Shown here one piece after another: positions 1-8,855 of a DNA stretch of 64,000 bases (the first letter of the stretch is position 1; each line of letters opens with the position of its first letter). The notes beneath the pieces are model-generated. The model was not told where the DNA came from. It did no database searches and saw only the letters and a list, made by a program, of their open reading frames with translations. The stretch comes from an uncultured Solirubrobacteraceae bacterium (GTDB lineage: Bacteria > Actinomycetota > Thermoleophilia > Solirubrobacterales > Solirubrobacteraceae), in NCBI GenBank assembly GCA_963697955.1, contig OY969106.1:1065257-1129256 (forward strand). Direction: 5' to 3'. Made by a program: the position numbers and the translations under genes.

Positions 1-1112
1 ACTGGCATGCTCCGGTTGATGAAGTGTCCATGCATCACGACGAGGGTCGTGGGTTCCGCCAGTTCGGTTTCACGAGCGGACGTCGGCCCCGTTGCGATCT
101 GGTTCGGCGCGATGCTCTGCTGTTCCCCGCCGGGCTGGGGGTCCGCGACCGCCTGTGTGGCGGCGAGGGAGCCGGTGGTCTGGCGGGCTTCGCCGAGCGG
201 TTCGCTACTCGATTCCCTCAGTTCAGCGCCAGCATTGCGGGCGAGCGTGAGCGCCACGGCAACACTGATCGGTTTGTCCGGCGCTTCGGAAGGCGTTGCC
301 GGCTCTTGTTCTGACGGTTTGATGACGGCGCCTTTATTGGGGCCCGTGTAACAAACGGCGTAGTTGATGTTGCCCCAGTACGGGGAGTCCTGGTTGCGGG
401 CGAGACACATCGCCCCGGCGTTCGTGAACGGATGGGAGGTATTGCCGAATCCGGACTTCCATTCAGTCCACAGGTCGCTCGGAGGCTCGACGGACGCCAC
501 GTGGTCTTTGCCGTTTGCTTCGATCGGCTCTTTGTTGGCGCCGACCTCAATCCCGGCTTCCTCGTCGATGTTCCACGCGGGGTACTGACTGTAGTTGCGT
601 ACGTCACCATAGTTTTCCCACCAGATACCCCAGAGCCCGCAGTGGCAAGGGTCGTAGATCTCGTAGTAGTTGTAGTTGGCTCCACCGACGAAGTTGGGGG
701 ACTCGTAGCCGTACTGGTTGCCGTTGGTGGTCTCCGCGTAGAAGGGGTGCAGAGCACAGCAGGTGCCCGCCGCGCCTCCCGCGAGGGCCCCTCCGGACAT
801 CTGGCCGTCCTCGAGGTAGTTCTGGTTGCCGGGGAAGCTGACCCAGAGCTCGTTGGTCACGAAGTCGCCTGATTCCCAGCCGGGGATGTTCATCGCGGCC
901 GTGTACTGGTCGGCGACTGCGCCGTCGGCGTATTCACGGGGGTAGCCGCTCATTTCGAAGGCTTCGACCGCGTAGCAGTGGTGGGATTCGGAGGCGTCCC
1001 GATAGCATTCTTTATGTGGTCCCCAACGCGCGCCTGCGGTGCTCGCAAGCATGCCGCCCAGGCTGACGAATGTCATCAAGGCGAGGAGGATCAGCATGTT
1101 GAGCCGCCGCAT
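1..1112 (-). CDS. secreted Cys-containing protein, possibly neprosin-like; 3' end runs off the window
   Basis: Not in the ORF track; translated by hand: MRRLNMLILLALMTFVSLGGMLASTAGARWG... signal peptide, GGGGAG upstream, open to the window edge (...VVMHGHFINRSMP). Confidence 0.75.
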   Translation of the reverse strand, partial: MRRLNMLILLALMTFVSLGGMLASTAGARWGPHKECYRDASESHHCYAVEAFEMSGYPREYADGAVADQYTAAMNIPGWESGDFVTNELWVSFPGNQNYLEDGQMSGGALAGGAAGTCCALHPFYAETTNGNQYGYESPNFVGGANYNYYEIYDPCHCGLWGIWWENYGDVRNYSQYPAWNIDEEAGIEVGANKEPIEANGKDHVASVEPPSDLWTEWKSGFGNTSHPFTNAGAMCLARNQDSPYWGNINYAVCYTGPNKGAVIKPSEQEPATPSEAPDKPISVAVALTLARNAGAELRESSSEPLGEARQTTGSLAATQAVADPQPGGEQQSIAPNQIATGPTSARETELAEPTTLVVMHGHFINRSMP

Positions 1113-1380
1113 CACTCCCCTACTGTTGGCGCGATCCCACATATCGGAACGATATGATATAGATCATCCGCCTATTTGGCAAGATGCACGCAAGTGGAAC
1201 GTTTGTTAGCCTGGCCCCGTGCAGGCGCCGGCAGCCGAGCACAGCACGCATGTAGTGATCGAGCCCCACGATGATGGGGTTTGGGATCCCATCCGCGCTC
1301 CGCCGCGGATCGAGGCGGAGCAGCACTTGTGAGATCCATGCCAAGCGCTCCACGGACACGGCTGACGCCCACCGACTCGC

Positions 1381-1466
1381 GTAAACATGCCGTGAACGCC
1401 ATGTCGTGACCCTAATGTCAAGCGTATACTCGCCACTCGGACACTCGCGAGGGAGGGGACCAGGAG
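1381..1466 (+). repeat. duplicated upstream regulatory region, copy 1
   Basis: Near-identical to 2270-2356; ACATGCCG-TGAA-CGCCATGT inverted repeat, TATACT -10-like box, GGAGG/AGGAG SD. Confidence 0.9.
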
Positions 1467-2126
1467 ATGAAACGCTTCTTGAGGACATGTACGGCTGTGG
1501 TGGTGGCTGTGATGGCACTGGCTGCAACCGGGGCCGGGAGCGCGCTCGCCACGCCGAAAACGCTCACATTGGAGGCCAACGGCGAACCGCTGGCACCGGG
1601 GGCGCAGATCGACGTGTCGAGCTCGAACTTCCTGGTGCACACAGAATCCGGGGACGGGACCTGCCAGGACACCAGCTTCGGCGGCCTGCTGGCGAACAGC
1701 GAACCGAAGATAGACACGATGGAAATCTCCGAAGCGGTCTTTGCGGGTGAACCGGCGAACGAAGGCAAATGCACCTCCACGCTCCCCAAACCGCTCCGGG
1801 AAGTCAATGTCACGGCGACCTCCACATCGCTTCCCTGGACATTCATTCTCACCAACAAAGGCCAGCTCACAATCAAAAGCGAAGTTGTCCTAAGAATCGA
1901 ACCCCCCAACCCACCCCAGCACCCTCCGGCGACTTGCATCCTCAGGACAAGTGGCTTCAGAAACGGCTCATTCCCGACCAACGGCGATCCGCTGAGCGTG
2001 ACCTTCACCAACGTCAAAGCCGTGAAAGGTGCCAACAGCGGCGCGGAGTGCAGAACCCACCCGGTGATCTCGATGACGCTTGCCTTCACATCGGGCGGAC
2101 AGCCCGTGACCGCAATACTGCACTAA
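1467..2126 (+). CDS. secreted hypothetical protein, paralog A
   Basis: Sec signal peptide (ALA site), 4 Cys in the mature region, strongly similar to 2363-3001. Confidence 0.85.
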   Translation: MKRFLRTCTAVVVAVMALAATGAGSALATPKTLTLEANGEPLAPGAQIDVSSSNFLVHTESGDGTCQDTSFGGLLANSEPKIDTMEISEAVFAGEPANEGKCTSTLPKPLREVNVTATSTSLPWTFILTNKGQLTIKSEVVLRIEPPNPPQHPPATCILRTSGFRNGSFPTNGDPLSVTFTNVKAVKGANSGAECRTHPVISMTLAFTSGGQPVTAILH

Positions 2127-2133
2127 CACTCTC

Positions 2134-2159
2134 GGGGCCGGCGGGCATCCGCCGGCCCC
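2134..2159 (+). terminator. GC-rich hairpin after paralog A
   Basis: GGGGCCGGCGG-GCAT-CCGCCGGCCCC just after the stop; no U-tract. Confidence 0.6.
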
Positions 2160-2269
2160 CGCCCCTGCCCGCGAAGGGGCCGCGACTCACCGCCCAGCAG
2201 CTCTGCGCCAGCTGGATCGCAGCGTTCGTCGTCACGATGCTCGTGGAGATCTCGGCGCCTCCGCCTCCA

Positions 2270-2356
2270 GTGAACATGCCGTGAACGGCATGTCGTGACA
2301 CCTAATGTCAAGCGTATACTCCCCTCTCGGACATTCGCGAGGGAGGGGACCAGGAG
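2270..2356 (+). repeat. duplicated upstream regulatory region, copy 2
   Basis: Perfect ACATGCCG-TGAA-CGGCATGT and TGACA-N5-TGTCA palindromes, TATACT, SD. Confidence 0.9.
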
Positions 2357-2362
2357 CGCTTT

Positions 2363-3001
2363 TTGAAGACCAGCACGGCCACGGTGGCCGCGATGGCGCT
2401 GGCGGGAGTCACGGCCGGGAGCGCACTGGCCACGCCCAAATCACTGACGCTGGAGGCCGGCGGCATACCGCTGGCGCCGGGGGCCCCGATCGCCGTTTCG
2501 AGCTCGAACTTTCTCATCAGGACAGAGGCCGGATCCGTAACCTGCCAGGACACCAACTTCGCCGGCAAGCTGGGAACCAACGGTGAAACCAAGAGCGACA
2601 CGATGGAACTCACTGAAGCCGTCTTCGCGGGTGAAGAACCCGAAGGCAGGTGCGTCTCCACCATCGCCGAACCGCTCAATGAAGTCACCGTCACCACCAC
2701 CTCACTGCCCTGGACCGTCACGCTCACCCCCAAGGGCCAGTTGACGATTCTGACCAAGGTCATCCTGAGGGTCTCTCCTCTCCACCCCCCCTACCATCCT
2801 CCGGAGACCTGCGTCATCACGACGAGCTCCTTCAGGAACGGATCCTTCCCAACCAATGGGGAACCGCTGAACGTGACGTTCACCGCCATCAAGACGCAGA
2901 AAGGCGGCGACAGCGGCGCGGAGTGCAGAACCCACCCGGTGATCTCGGCGACGTTCGACTTCACATCCGGCGGCCAGCCCGTGACCGCCGTGCTGCACTA
3001 A
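2363..3001 (+). CDS. secreted hypothetical protein, paralog B (TTG start)
   Basis: Shares FRNGSFPTNG, SGAECRTHPVIS and FTSGGQPVTA with paralog A. Confidence 0.85.
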   Translation: MKTSTATVAAMALAGVTAGSALATPKSLTLEAGGIPLAPGAPIAVSSSNFLIRTEAGSVTCQDTNFAGKLGTNGETKSDTMELTEAVFAGEEPEGRCVSTIAEPLNEVTVTTTSLPWTVTLTPKGQLTILTKVILRVSPLHPPYHPPETCVITTSSFRNGSFPTNGEPLNVTFTAIKTQKGGDSGAECRTHPVISATFDFTSGGQPVTAVLH

Positions 3002-3096
3002 ACCGACGCTCGGGGGCCGGCGCCCGGCGCCGGTCCCCCCCGCCCGCTCCAAGTGCGAGGCACGCCACCGCCTCACGGCCGCTACATTTGGCTCCA

Positions 3097-4557
3097 GTGA
3101 CAAGCGAGACAACCGCGCGCAACGGAGGGCCTCGACCTCAGCTCGACCAACCCTCCGACCCCTTGGGAGTGGTCGCCGATGCCATCGAGCGCACGGAGGA
3201 GACCCTCGAGCTGGCGAGCCGTCACCTCGATCCCTCGCTCGTCGAGGTGCTGCGGATCCTTGGCTTCGACAAGCAGTACACCTCGGCCAAGGGGTCTCAT
3301 CTCTATGACTCCGCCGGTCGCGCCTATCTCGACTTCCACACCGGGGAGGGCTTCGCCAGCCTCGGCCACAACCATCCCGACGTGCGCGAGGTCCTGCAGG
3401 CGACGCTGGCCGCCGATCTCGTCGATGGCGTGCAACTGCACTACTCGGCGCTGGCCGGCATGCTCGCCGAGGCGCTCTCCCGGCGCCTACCGGGCGATCT
3501 CGACGCGGTGTTCTTCACGAGCACCGGCGCCGAGGCCGTGGACTCGGCCATGAAGTTCGCCCGCGCCGCCACCTCTCGCCCGCGCTTCATCTCCTGCGAG
3601 AACAGCTTTCACGGGGTCACACTCGGACCGCTCTCGCTGGTCGGCGACGAGTTCTTCAAGGAGGGCTTCGGGCCTTTGCTGCCCGGCTGCGCGCGTGTTC
3701 CCTTCGGCGACCTCGATCGCCTGGAGTCTGAGCTGCGCACCAAGGACGTCGCCGCCTTCATCGTCGAGCCGGTGCAAGGTCGCATGGTCACCCTCCCGCC
3801 CCCCGGGTACATGCGGGCCGCCCAGGAGCTATGCAGGCGCTACGGCACCATGTTCGTGGTCGACGAGATCCAAACCGGTCTTGGCCGCACCGGCAAGTGG
3901 TTCGCACTCGAGCACTGGGCGCTGGAACCGGACTTCGTGCTCGTCGGCAAGGCCCTCAGCGGGGGCTACATGCCGGTGGCCGCCATGGTGACGAGCCGCA
4001 GGATCTACCAGAAGGCGGTGGGGACGCTCGAGCGCTCTTATGTGCACCAGTCCACCTTCGGGCGAAATCGCCTCTCGGCCGCAGCCGGGCTGGCCACGAT
4101 GCGGATCATCGAGCGCGACGGCCTGGTGGAGCACGCCGCCCATATGAGCGACGTGCTCGCGGAGGGCCTGAGCGAGCTTCAGCAGCGCTACGAGATGGTC
4201 AAGGAGATCCGCTCCTGTGGACTGATGATCGGGATCGAGCTGTGCGCGCCAAGCTCCCGTGTGGCGAAGCTCAACTGGCGCTTGATCCATCTGGCGAGCG
4301 AGGGCCTCTTCCCTCAGCTGATCGTGATCCCCCTGCATCGCGACCACGGCATCATCACCATGGCAGCCGGCAAGAACGACGTAATCAAGCTGCTGCCCCC
4401 GCTGACCCTCTCCGAGAGCGAGGCCCACAGCTTCCTCGACGCCCTCGATTCCGTGCTGGCCGAGTGCCACGGCGCGGCCGGCAACAACTGGTCGATCGTG
4501 CGCGACATCGCCAAAGCGACGCTGCGCCGTCGAGCCACACCCAAGACGTCCACGTGA
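3097..4557 (+). CDS. class-III PLP aminotransferase, HpnO-like (start approximate)
   Basis: YLDF...LGHNHP, SFHG, DEIQTGLGRTG, GKALSGG, HQSTFG motifs. Confidence 0.85.
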   Translation: MTSETTARNGGPRPQLDQPSDPLGVVADAIERTEETLELASRHLDPSLVEVLRILGFDKQYTSAKGSHLYDSAGRAYLDFHTGEGFASLGHNHPDVREVLQATLAADLVDGVQLHYSALAGMLAEALSRRLPGDLDAVFFTSTGAEAVDSAMKFARAATSRPRFISCENSFHGVTLGPLSLVGDEFFKEGFGPLLPGCARVPFGDLDRLESELRTKDVAAFIVEPVQGRMVTLPPPGYMRAAQELCRRYGTMFVVDEIQTGLGRTGKWFALEHWALEPDFVLVGKALSGGYMPVAAMVTSRRIYQKAVGTLERSYVHQSTFGRNRLSAAAGLATMRIIERDGLVEHAAHMSDVLAEGLSELQQRYEMVKEIRSCGLMIGIELCAPSSRVAKLNWRLIHLASEGLFPQLIVIPLHRDHGIITMAAGKNDVIKLLPPLTLSESEAHSFLDALDSVLAECHGAAGNNWSIVRDIAKATLRRRATPKTST

Positions 4558-5612
4558 GCGACTCCCTCCCGTCGCCTCCAGACGAGCCTGTCAACCTATC
4601 GTCAGAGAGCCTCTGCCTGATCACGGGAGCATCCGGGTTCATCGGCGGGCAGTTGACAAAGCGACTGGTGCGTAACGGCCACCCGGTGCGCTGTCTCGTG
4701 CGCGCGAGCAGCAGTACCTCATCCCTTGAGGGGCTGGACGTCCAGCTCGCCCACGGCGACCTCACTGACGCGGCGTCGCTCACCAAGGCCGTGGAGGGCT
4801 GTCGCTACATATTCCATTGCGGCGCCCTGGTGTCCGACTGGGCCACCGTCGAGGAGATCACCCACACGAACGTCGTGGGCACCAGGAACCTGCTCGCCGC
4901 CTGTCGCGCCGCTGCATCCGTCGAGCGCTTCATACATTTCAGCACCACCGATGTCTATGGCCACCCCGTGGGTCCCGCGATCGAGGAGTCCTTCACCTCC
5001 AAGAGGTTCTCCAATTGGTATGCGCAGAGCAAGCTCGACGCGGAGGTCGAAGTTCGCCGCGCAGAGGACGAGCAAACCTTCAACGCGGTCATCCTCCGCC
5101 CCGCAACGGTCTACGGACCAGGCTCGATCGAGGTCGTGGGCGAGATCGCTCGTGCGATCCGCGCTCGCAACATGCTGCTCATCGACAGAGGCCGCGCGCG
5201 CGCCGGGCTCTGCTACGTGGACAACCTCATCGACCTGGCAGTCCTCGCTCTCGATCACCCCGACGCGGCCGGCCAGACGTTCAATGTCAGCGACGGTCTC
5301 CCCGTCACCTGGAGAGAGTTCACCGACGATCTGGCTGACGGTCTTAGCTCTCCTAGAGTCCGTTGGAGCTTGCCCTATAGGCTGGCCGACTCCATCGCCT
5401 TCTCGCTCGAGCACGGCTACCGCCTCCTGCGCCGAGCCACCGGCTTGAAGATGCCTCCCCTGCTCTCGCGGCAGGCCGTACAGGTCCTCGGCTGTAGCCA
5501 GGACTTCAGCAACCGCAAGGCACGAGAGGTGCTTGGGTGGGAGCCACAGGTGGACTACTCGGCAGGTCTCGCCGCCACCCTCGCCTGGCTGGTGGGCGAA
5601 CATCTCACCTAG
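4554..5612 (+). CDS. NAD-dependent epimerase/dehydratase (extended SDR)
   Basis: GTGA overlap with the upstream stop; TGASGFIG and YAQSK motifs. Confidence 0.9.
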   Translation: MSDSLPSPPDEPVNLSSESLCLITGASGFIGGQLTKRLVRNGHPVRCLVRASSSTSSLEGLDVQLAHGDLTDAASLTKAVEGCRYIFHCGALVSDWATVEEITHTNVVGTRNLLAACRAAASVERFIHFSTTDVYGHPVGPAIEESFTSKRFSNWYAQSKLDAEVEVRRAEDEQTFNAVILRPATVYGPGSIEVVGEIARAIRARNMLLIDRGRARAGLCYVDNLIDLAVLALDHPDAAGQTFNVSDGLPVTWREFTDDLADGLSSPRVRWSLPYRLADSIAFSLEHGYRLLRRATGLKMPPLLSRQAVQVLGCSQDFSNRKAREVLGWEPQVDYSAGLAATLAWLVGEHLT

Positions 5613-5681
5613 CCTGCCGCGAGCGCAGACCGGTCGCATGGCCCGGCCCACCGCTCGCGGCATGGTTACTTCTTCAACTCC

Positions 5682-6296
5682 TTAGGCCAGGAACGGCTTG
5701 AGCTTCTTGACCGTGTTGGGAATCGTGTCGCTGCTGGGAAGCGAGGGCAAAACGCCATGACCGCCGGCTTCAGCGTCGAAGAAGCTGAAGTGCGTAGCCT
5801 CGTTGGCCGCCAGTTTGGCCGCCACCGTCCGCAGTTCCTGTGAGCTGAATGTTTCAGATGCGCCCAGGTATGCCTCGACGAACGCCGTCTCCAGTGCCAC
5901 GCCGGTGTTCAACAGTGACTGGCCCGTCTTGGTGACGCTCGCGGGGATCTTGAATTTGAGCCCGGTCGGGGTTTTTGCACCGAGGGCCTTGGCGAGAAAC
6001 GCCTTGTGATCCATCTCGTTCTTCAATGCGGCTTCGAAGTAGTCCTTGTTTTCGAGCTTCGGGTGCCTGAAGGCGTGGAAGTTCTTGATGATCGCCGAGT
6101 AGACGATCACCGCCAGGCTCTCGGCGGTGTAGGCGGCCTGAAGTGTTTCCACATCGCTCGACGTCGGACCCGACGCAAACGCCGAGCTTGACACCGTTGC
6201 GAGAACGCCGCTGCTGGTTGCGAGCACGATGCCGCCCTTGCCCGCGTTGCGAAGAAACTGACCGCGGCTCAGGCCGCTCCCTGTGGTATTGCGCAT
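5682..6296 (-). CDS. exported ferritin-like domain protein
   Basis: Tat-like SRGQFLR N-terminus; ExxH motifs EMDH and EATH; AGGAG SD. Confidence 0.85.
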   Translation of the reverse strand: MRNTTGSGLSRGQFLRNAGKGGIVLATSSGVLATVSSSAFASGPTSSDVETLQAAYTAESLAVIVYSAIIKNFHAFRHPKLENKDYFEAALKNEMDHKAFLAKALGAKTPTGLKFKIPASVTKTGQSLLNTGVALETAFVEAYLGASETFSSQELRTVAAKLAANEATHFSFFDAEAGGHGVLPSLPSSDTIPNTVKKLKPFLA

Positions 6297-6339
6297 GCAA
6301 TGCTCCTTTGAGTGGCGTGAGTGAGTCTGTCACTCCATA

Positions 6340-6365
6340 TACGCCTGCCCCCGCTCGCCGGATCA
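6340..6365 (-). promoter_or_regulatory. putative ECF-sigma promoter
   Basis: TGATCC-N16-CGTA on the minus strand upstream of the ferritin-like gene. Confidence 0.35.
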
Positions 6366-6434
6366 TCTCTGCAGTCAAATATGAACGCCTGCGTACGTGG
6401 GGCGGATTCAGAGCCAGCTCTGCTCGCGCGTCTT

Positions 6435-6734
6435 CTACAGCGGGATGATTCGACGCTGCAGGTCTGAGCCAACCTCGCTGATCCCCGCCGAGGTGATCTT
6501 TATGCGCGTCGGGACGTGAGCGCGGGCGAGCAGAGCCCGCAGCACCGACTCCCCCTTCGACTCGATCGCAGAGCGCAGCGGGTCCTCGAACGCATCCGCG
6601 CGCAGGCCACCTGCGATCTCCACGTACACGTGCTGTTCCGCCCGGCCGTTCATCACCTTCCAGCGGTAGGTCTCGCCCTCTCGGGGCACCTGGATCGGGG
6701 TGGGCCCGGCAATGATCTCGGGGAGGTTGGGCAT
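6435..6734 (-). CDS. hypothetical protein
   Basis: TATCCT-N8-ATG leaderless start; globular-looking composition. Confidence 0.6.
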   Translation of the reverse strand: MPNLPEIIAGPTPIQVPREGETYRWKVMNGRAEQHVYVEIAGGLRADAFEDPLRSAIESKGESVLRALLARAHVPTRIKITSAGISEVGSDLQRRIIPL

Positions 6735-6843
6735 CTGGCCTGAGGATACCGAGCGCAGGCCCATGGATTCCCGGCTCGACTCCTCCCCCCTCCACTGTGC
6801 TGCATCGACCTCTCGTCATGCGGTCACCGCAAAGGCCCGACGG

Positions 6844-7320
6844 TCAATCGTTCCACCACACATCGGCGTCCCTGGCGGCATCCTGCTCGATCTGCTCGAA
6901 CGCCAGGTCGGTCTGGCGATCCTCCACCATCGTCTGCAGCGCCTCGCCGATGGTGGGAGCCCACACTCGTCGCGCCACCACCACCTGCCCGACCTGCCCG
7001 TCGAACTGCTTCCATTCCAACTCCACCAAAGGCACCCTGGAAGGCGGAGCGTCATCGGGCATCGGCGCACCCCACCCGTAGAGCGTTATCTGCGCCTGCC
7101 ACCCGTGCGGGCAGAGCTCGCCCATCACCGCCAGAGCCCGCCACTGATCCGCGACCGGCGGCTGACGTCTGGAGCGCCGGCGCAGGTAGGCGAAGATCAG
7201 TGTTCCGACCCCAACCATCGCCACGATCAGCAGTGCCACCACCAGCGTGTCGTGCGCCGCCACGGGGTGAGCGGTACCACCCTGAGCACCGCTGGCAATC
7301 ACGAGTCCAGCGGCCCTCAT
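6844..7320 (-). CDS. single-TM hypothetical protein
   Basis: TM helix followed by RRRSRR and a Trp-rich domain; purine-rich SD. Confidence 0.7.
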   Translation of the reverse strand: MRAAGLVIASGAQGGTAHPVAAHDTLVVALLIVAMVGVGTLIFAYLRRRSRRQPPVADQWRALAVMGELCPHGWQAQITLYGWGAPMPDDAPPSRVPLVELEWKQFDGQVGQVVVARRVWAPTIGEALQTMVEDRQTDLAFEQIEQDAARDADVWWND

Positions 7321-7460
7321 GGCATCCCCTTCAAACCGCTCGATCCGGCCTGAGAAAGCAGATGCCACCGCTTACTCCCATACCACTCCACGGTAGCCAT
7401 AAGCGCCCCCTCTGCCAAGGCTTCGGGGCGTATATCTCGCTCTTTTGAGAACATCGCGGG

Positions 7461-7733
7461 GTGAGCCGAGTGCTGCGATGGAGCTGGCCTGCCCGATTTC
7501 CGATCGTGCAGTTCCCAAATCCGCCCCTCCTTGTCGCGCTGCTGGCAAGCGCCGCCGGCCAGCTCACCCGCGGACAGGGACACCGGGCGTTCACAGCCCT
7601 GTTCTATGCCTCCCTGAGCGTGTGGGCCTACGAAGAGGCGCGCCGCGGCGATAACTGGTTTCGGCGCCTGCTCGGCGTGGGGTTCGCCGCATACATCGTC
7701 GTGAGCCTGGCCAACGCCCTGCACCGCTCCTAG
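7461..7733 (+). CDS. small membrane protein
   Basis: Three hydrophobic segments; FPIVQFPN and WAYEEARRGDNWFRRLLG. Confidence 0.7.
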   Translation: MSRVLRWSWPARFPIVQFPNPPLLVALLASAAGQLTRGQGHRAFTALFYASLSVWAYEEARRGDNWFRRLLGVGFAAYIVVSLANALHRS

Positions 7734-7774
7734 TCCTCTCAGACTCGAGTTCGTTGGGGTAGAGTTCGCAGCTC

Positions 7775-8016
7775 GTGCTGCACGCAACTCTGTGCCTGCT
7801 GCCGGCTCTGATGCTGGCGATCCCGCTGCTCGCGCGGCGCTATCCAGGCGAGCGGGTGCTGAGAGCCCTGCGCTCCAGTCGAGCTTCCCGCTGGCCGCGC
7901 CCACGTTCCTCGGCGGCGGCGCACAAGAGCGTGGTGCTCGCTGCCACCCACGGCGGCCTGCTCATCGGCTGTTCGTTGGCGGTACGCCCGCCTCCCCCCT
8001 CCCCGCAGCGAGCTAG
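7775..8016 (+). CDS. putative leader/arrest-peptide ORF of the copper operon; 3' end uncertain (C6 run)
   Basis: Hydrophobic N-terminus, C-terminal LAVRPPP; one more C in the run at ~7994-7999 would give ...RPPPPLPAAS* ending at TAG 8014-8016. Confidence 0.55.
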
Positions 8017-8093
8017 CCGGCCCGGGCGCAGCCAGCTGCGCCCCGCCTCGCTCGCCCGCAAGACCCGTAAGCACACACGAGCGAGGAGCCACG

Positions 8094-8852
8094 ATGTCCC
8101 GTCGCCTCATCATTGTCGTGCTGAGCGCGCTCATGCTGTCGATCCCGGCCGTAGAGCGAGCTCAGGCAAGTTCCCAGAGCCCCACCAGCGAGAGCGAGAA
8201 CCCGATCAGCGATCAGGGGAGCAGCTATCACTTTCGCTCGCAGATAACCACAGTCTCGCCGGCAACCTCCGGACTGAGCCTGCAGGTGCTCGAGTTCGCC
8301 GACCGCCTGCTCTTGACCAACCACAGCGGCCAGGACATCACCGTGTTTGGCTACCAGGGCGAACCCTACGCCCGGGTGCTGGCCAACGGCACCGTCGAGC
8401 TCAACACCCGCTCTCCCGCCTACTTCCTCAACCAGAACTTCTACGGCAACGTCAAAGTGCCCTCCTCGGCGGCGCCGAGCGCCACCCCCAATTGGGTCGT
8501 GGTGGACCGCACCGGTCAGCTCGAATGGCATGACCATCGCATCCACTGGATGTCCCCATCCCTGCCCCCGCAGGTGAAGAACCAGGCCGTGCGCACCAAG
8601 ATCTTCGCCTGGCAGGTGCCCATCGCCGTGGGCACGCGCAAAGGGTCCGTGGACGGGGAACTCTTCTGGACGCCCGAGAGCGCCTCCAAGACGCCCGTCG
8701 GCGCGATCGTCGCCCTGGTGGCCATCGTCCTACTCGGCCTGCTGTTCGTGGGGTTCGTGCGCCGGCGCCGGGCACGACAGCCTCCTCCCGGCGACTCCCC
8801 ACAGGGAGGCGGAGAGGGGCCCTCGCCGACCGCGGGCCGAGAGGCCTGGTAG
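8094..8852 (+). CDS. exported, C-terminally membrane-anchored protein with WHDHRIHWM motif
   Basis: GAGGAG SD, signal peptide, C-terminal TM plus RRRR. Confidence 0.85.
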   Translation: MSRRLIIVVLSALMLSIPAVERAQASSQSPTSESENPISDQGSSYHFRSQITTVSPATSGLSLQVLEFADRLLLTNHSGQDITVFGYQGEPYARVLANGTVELNTRSPAYFLNQNFYGNVKVPSSAAPSATPNWVVVDRTGQLEWHDHRIHWMSPSLPPQVKNQAVRTKIFAWQVPIAVGTRKGSVDGELFWTPESASKTPVGAIVALVAIVLLGLLFVGFVRRRRARQPPPGDSPQGGGEGPSPTAGREAW

Positions 8853-8855
8853 CCC

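Noticed and set aside
2923-3096. N-terminal extension of the aminotransferase in the ORF track
   Set aside because: Overlaps paralog B and its terminator hairpin; low-complexity translation; real start is near 3088-3097.
3831-4553. Apparent 593-aa epimerase
   Set aside because: The first part is an off-frame shadow of the aminotransferase; the GTGA-coupled start at 4554 fits better.
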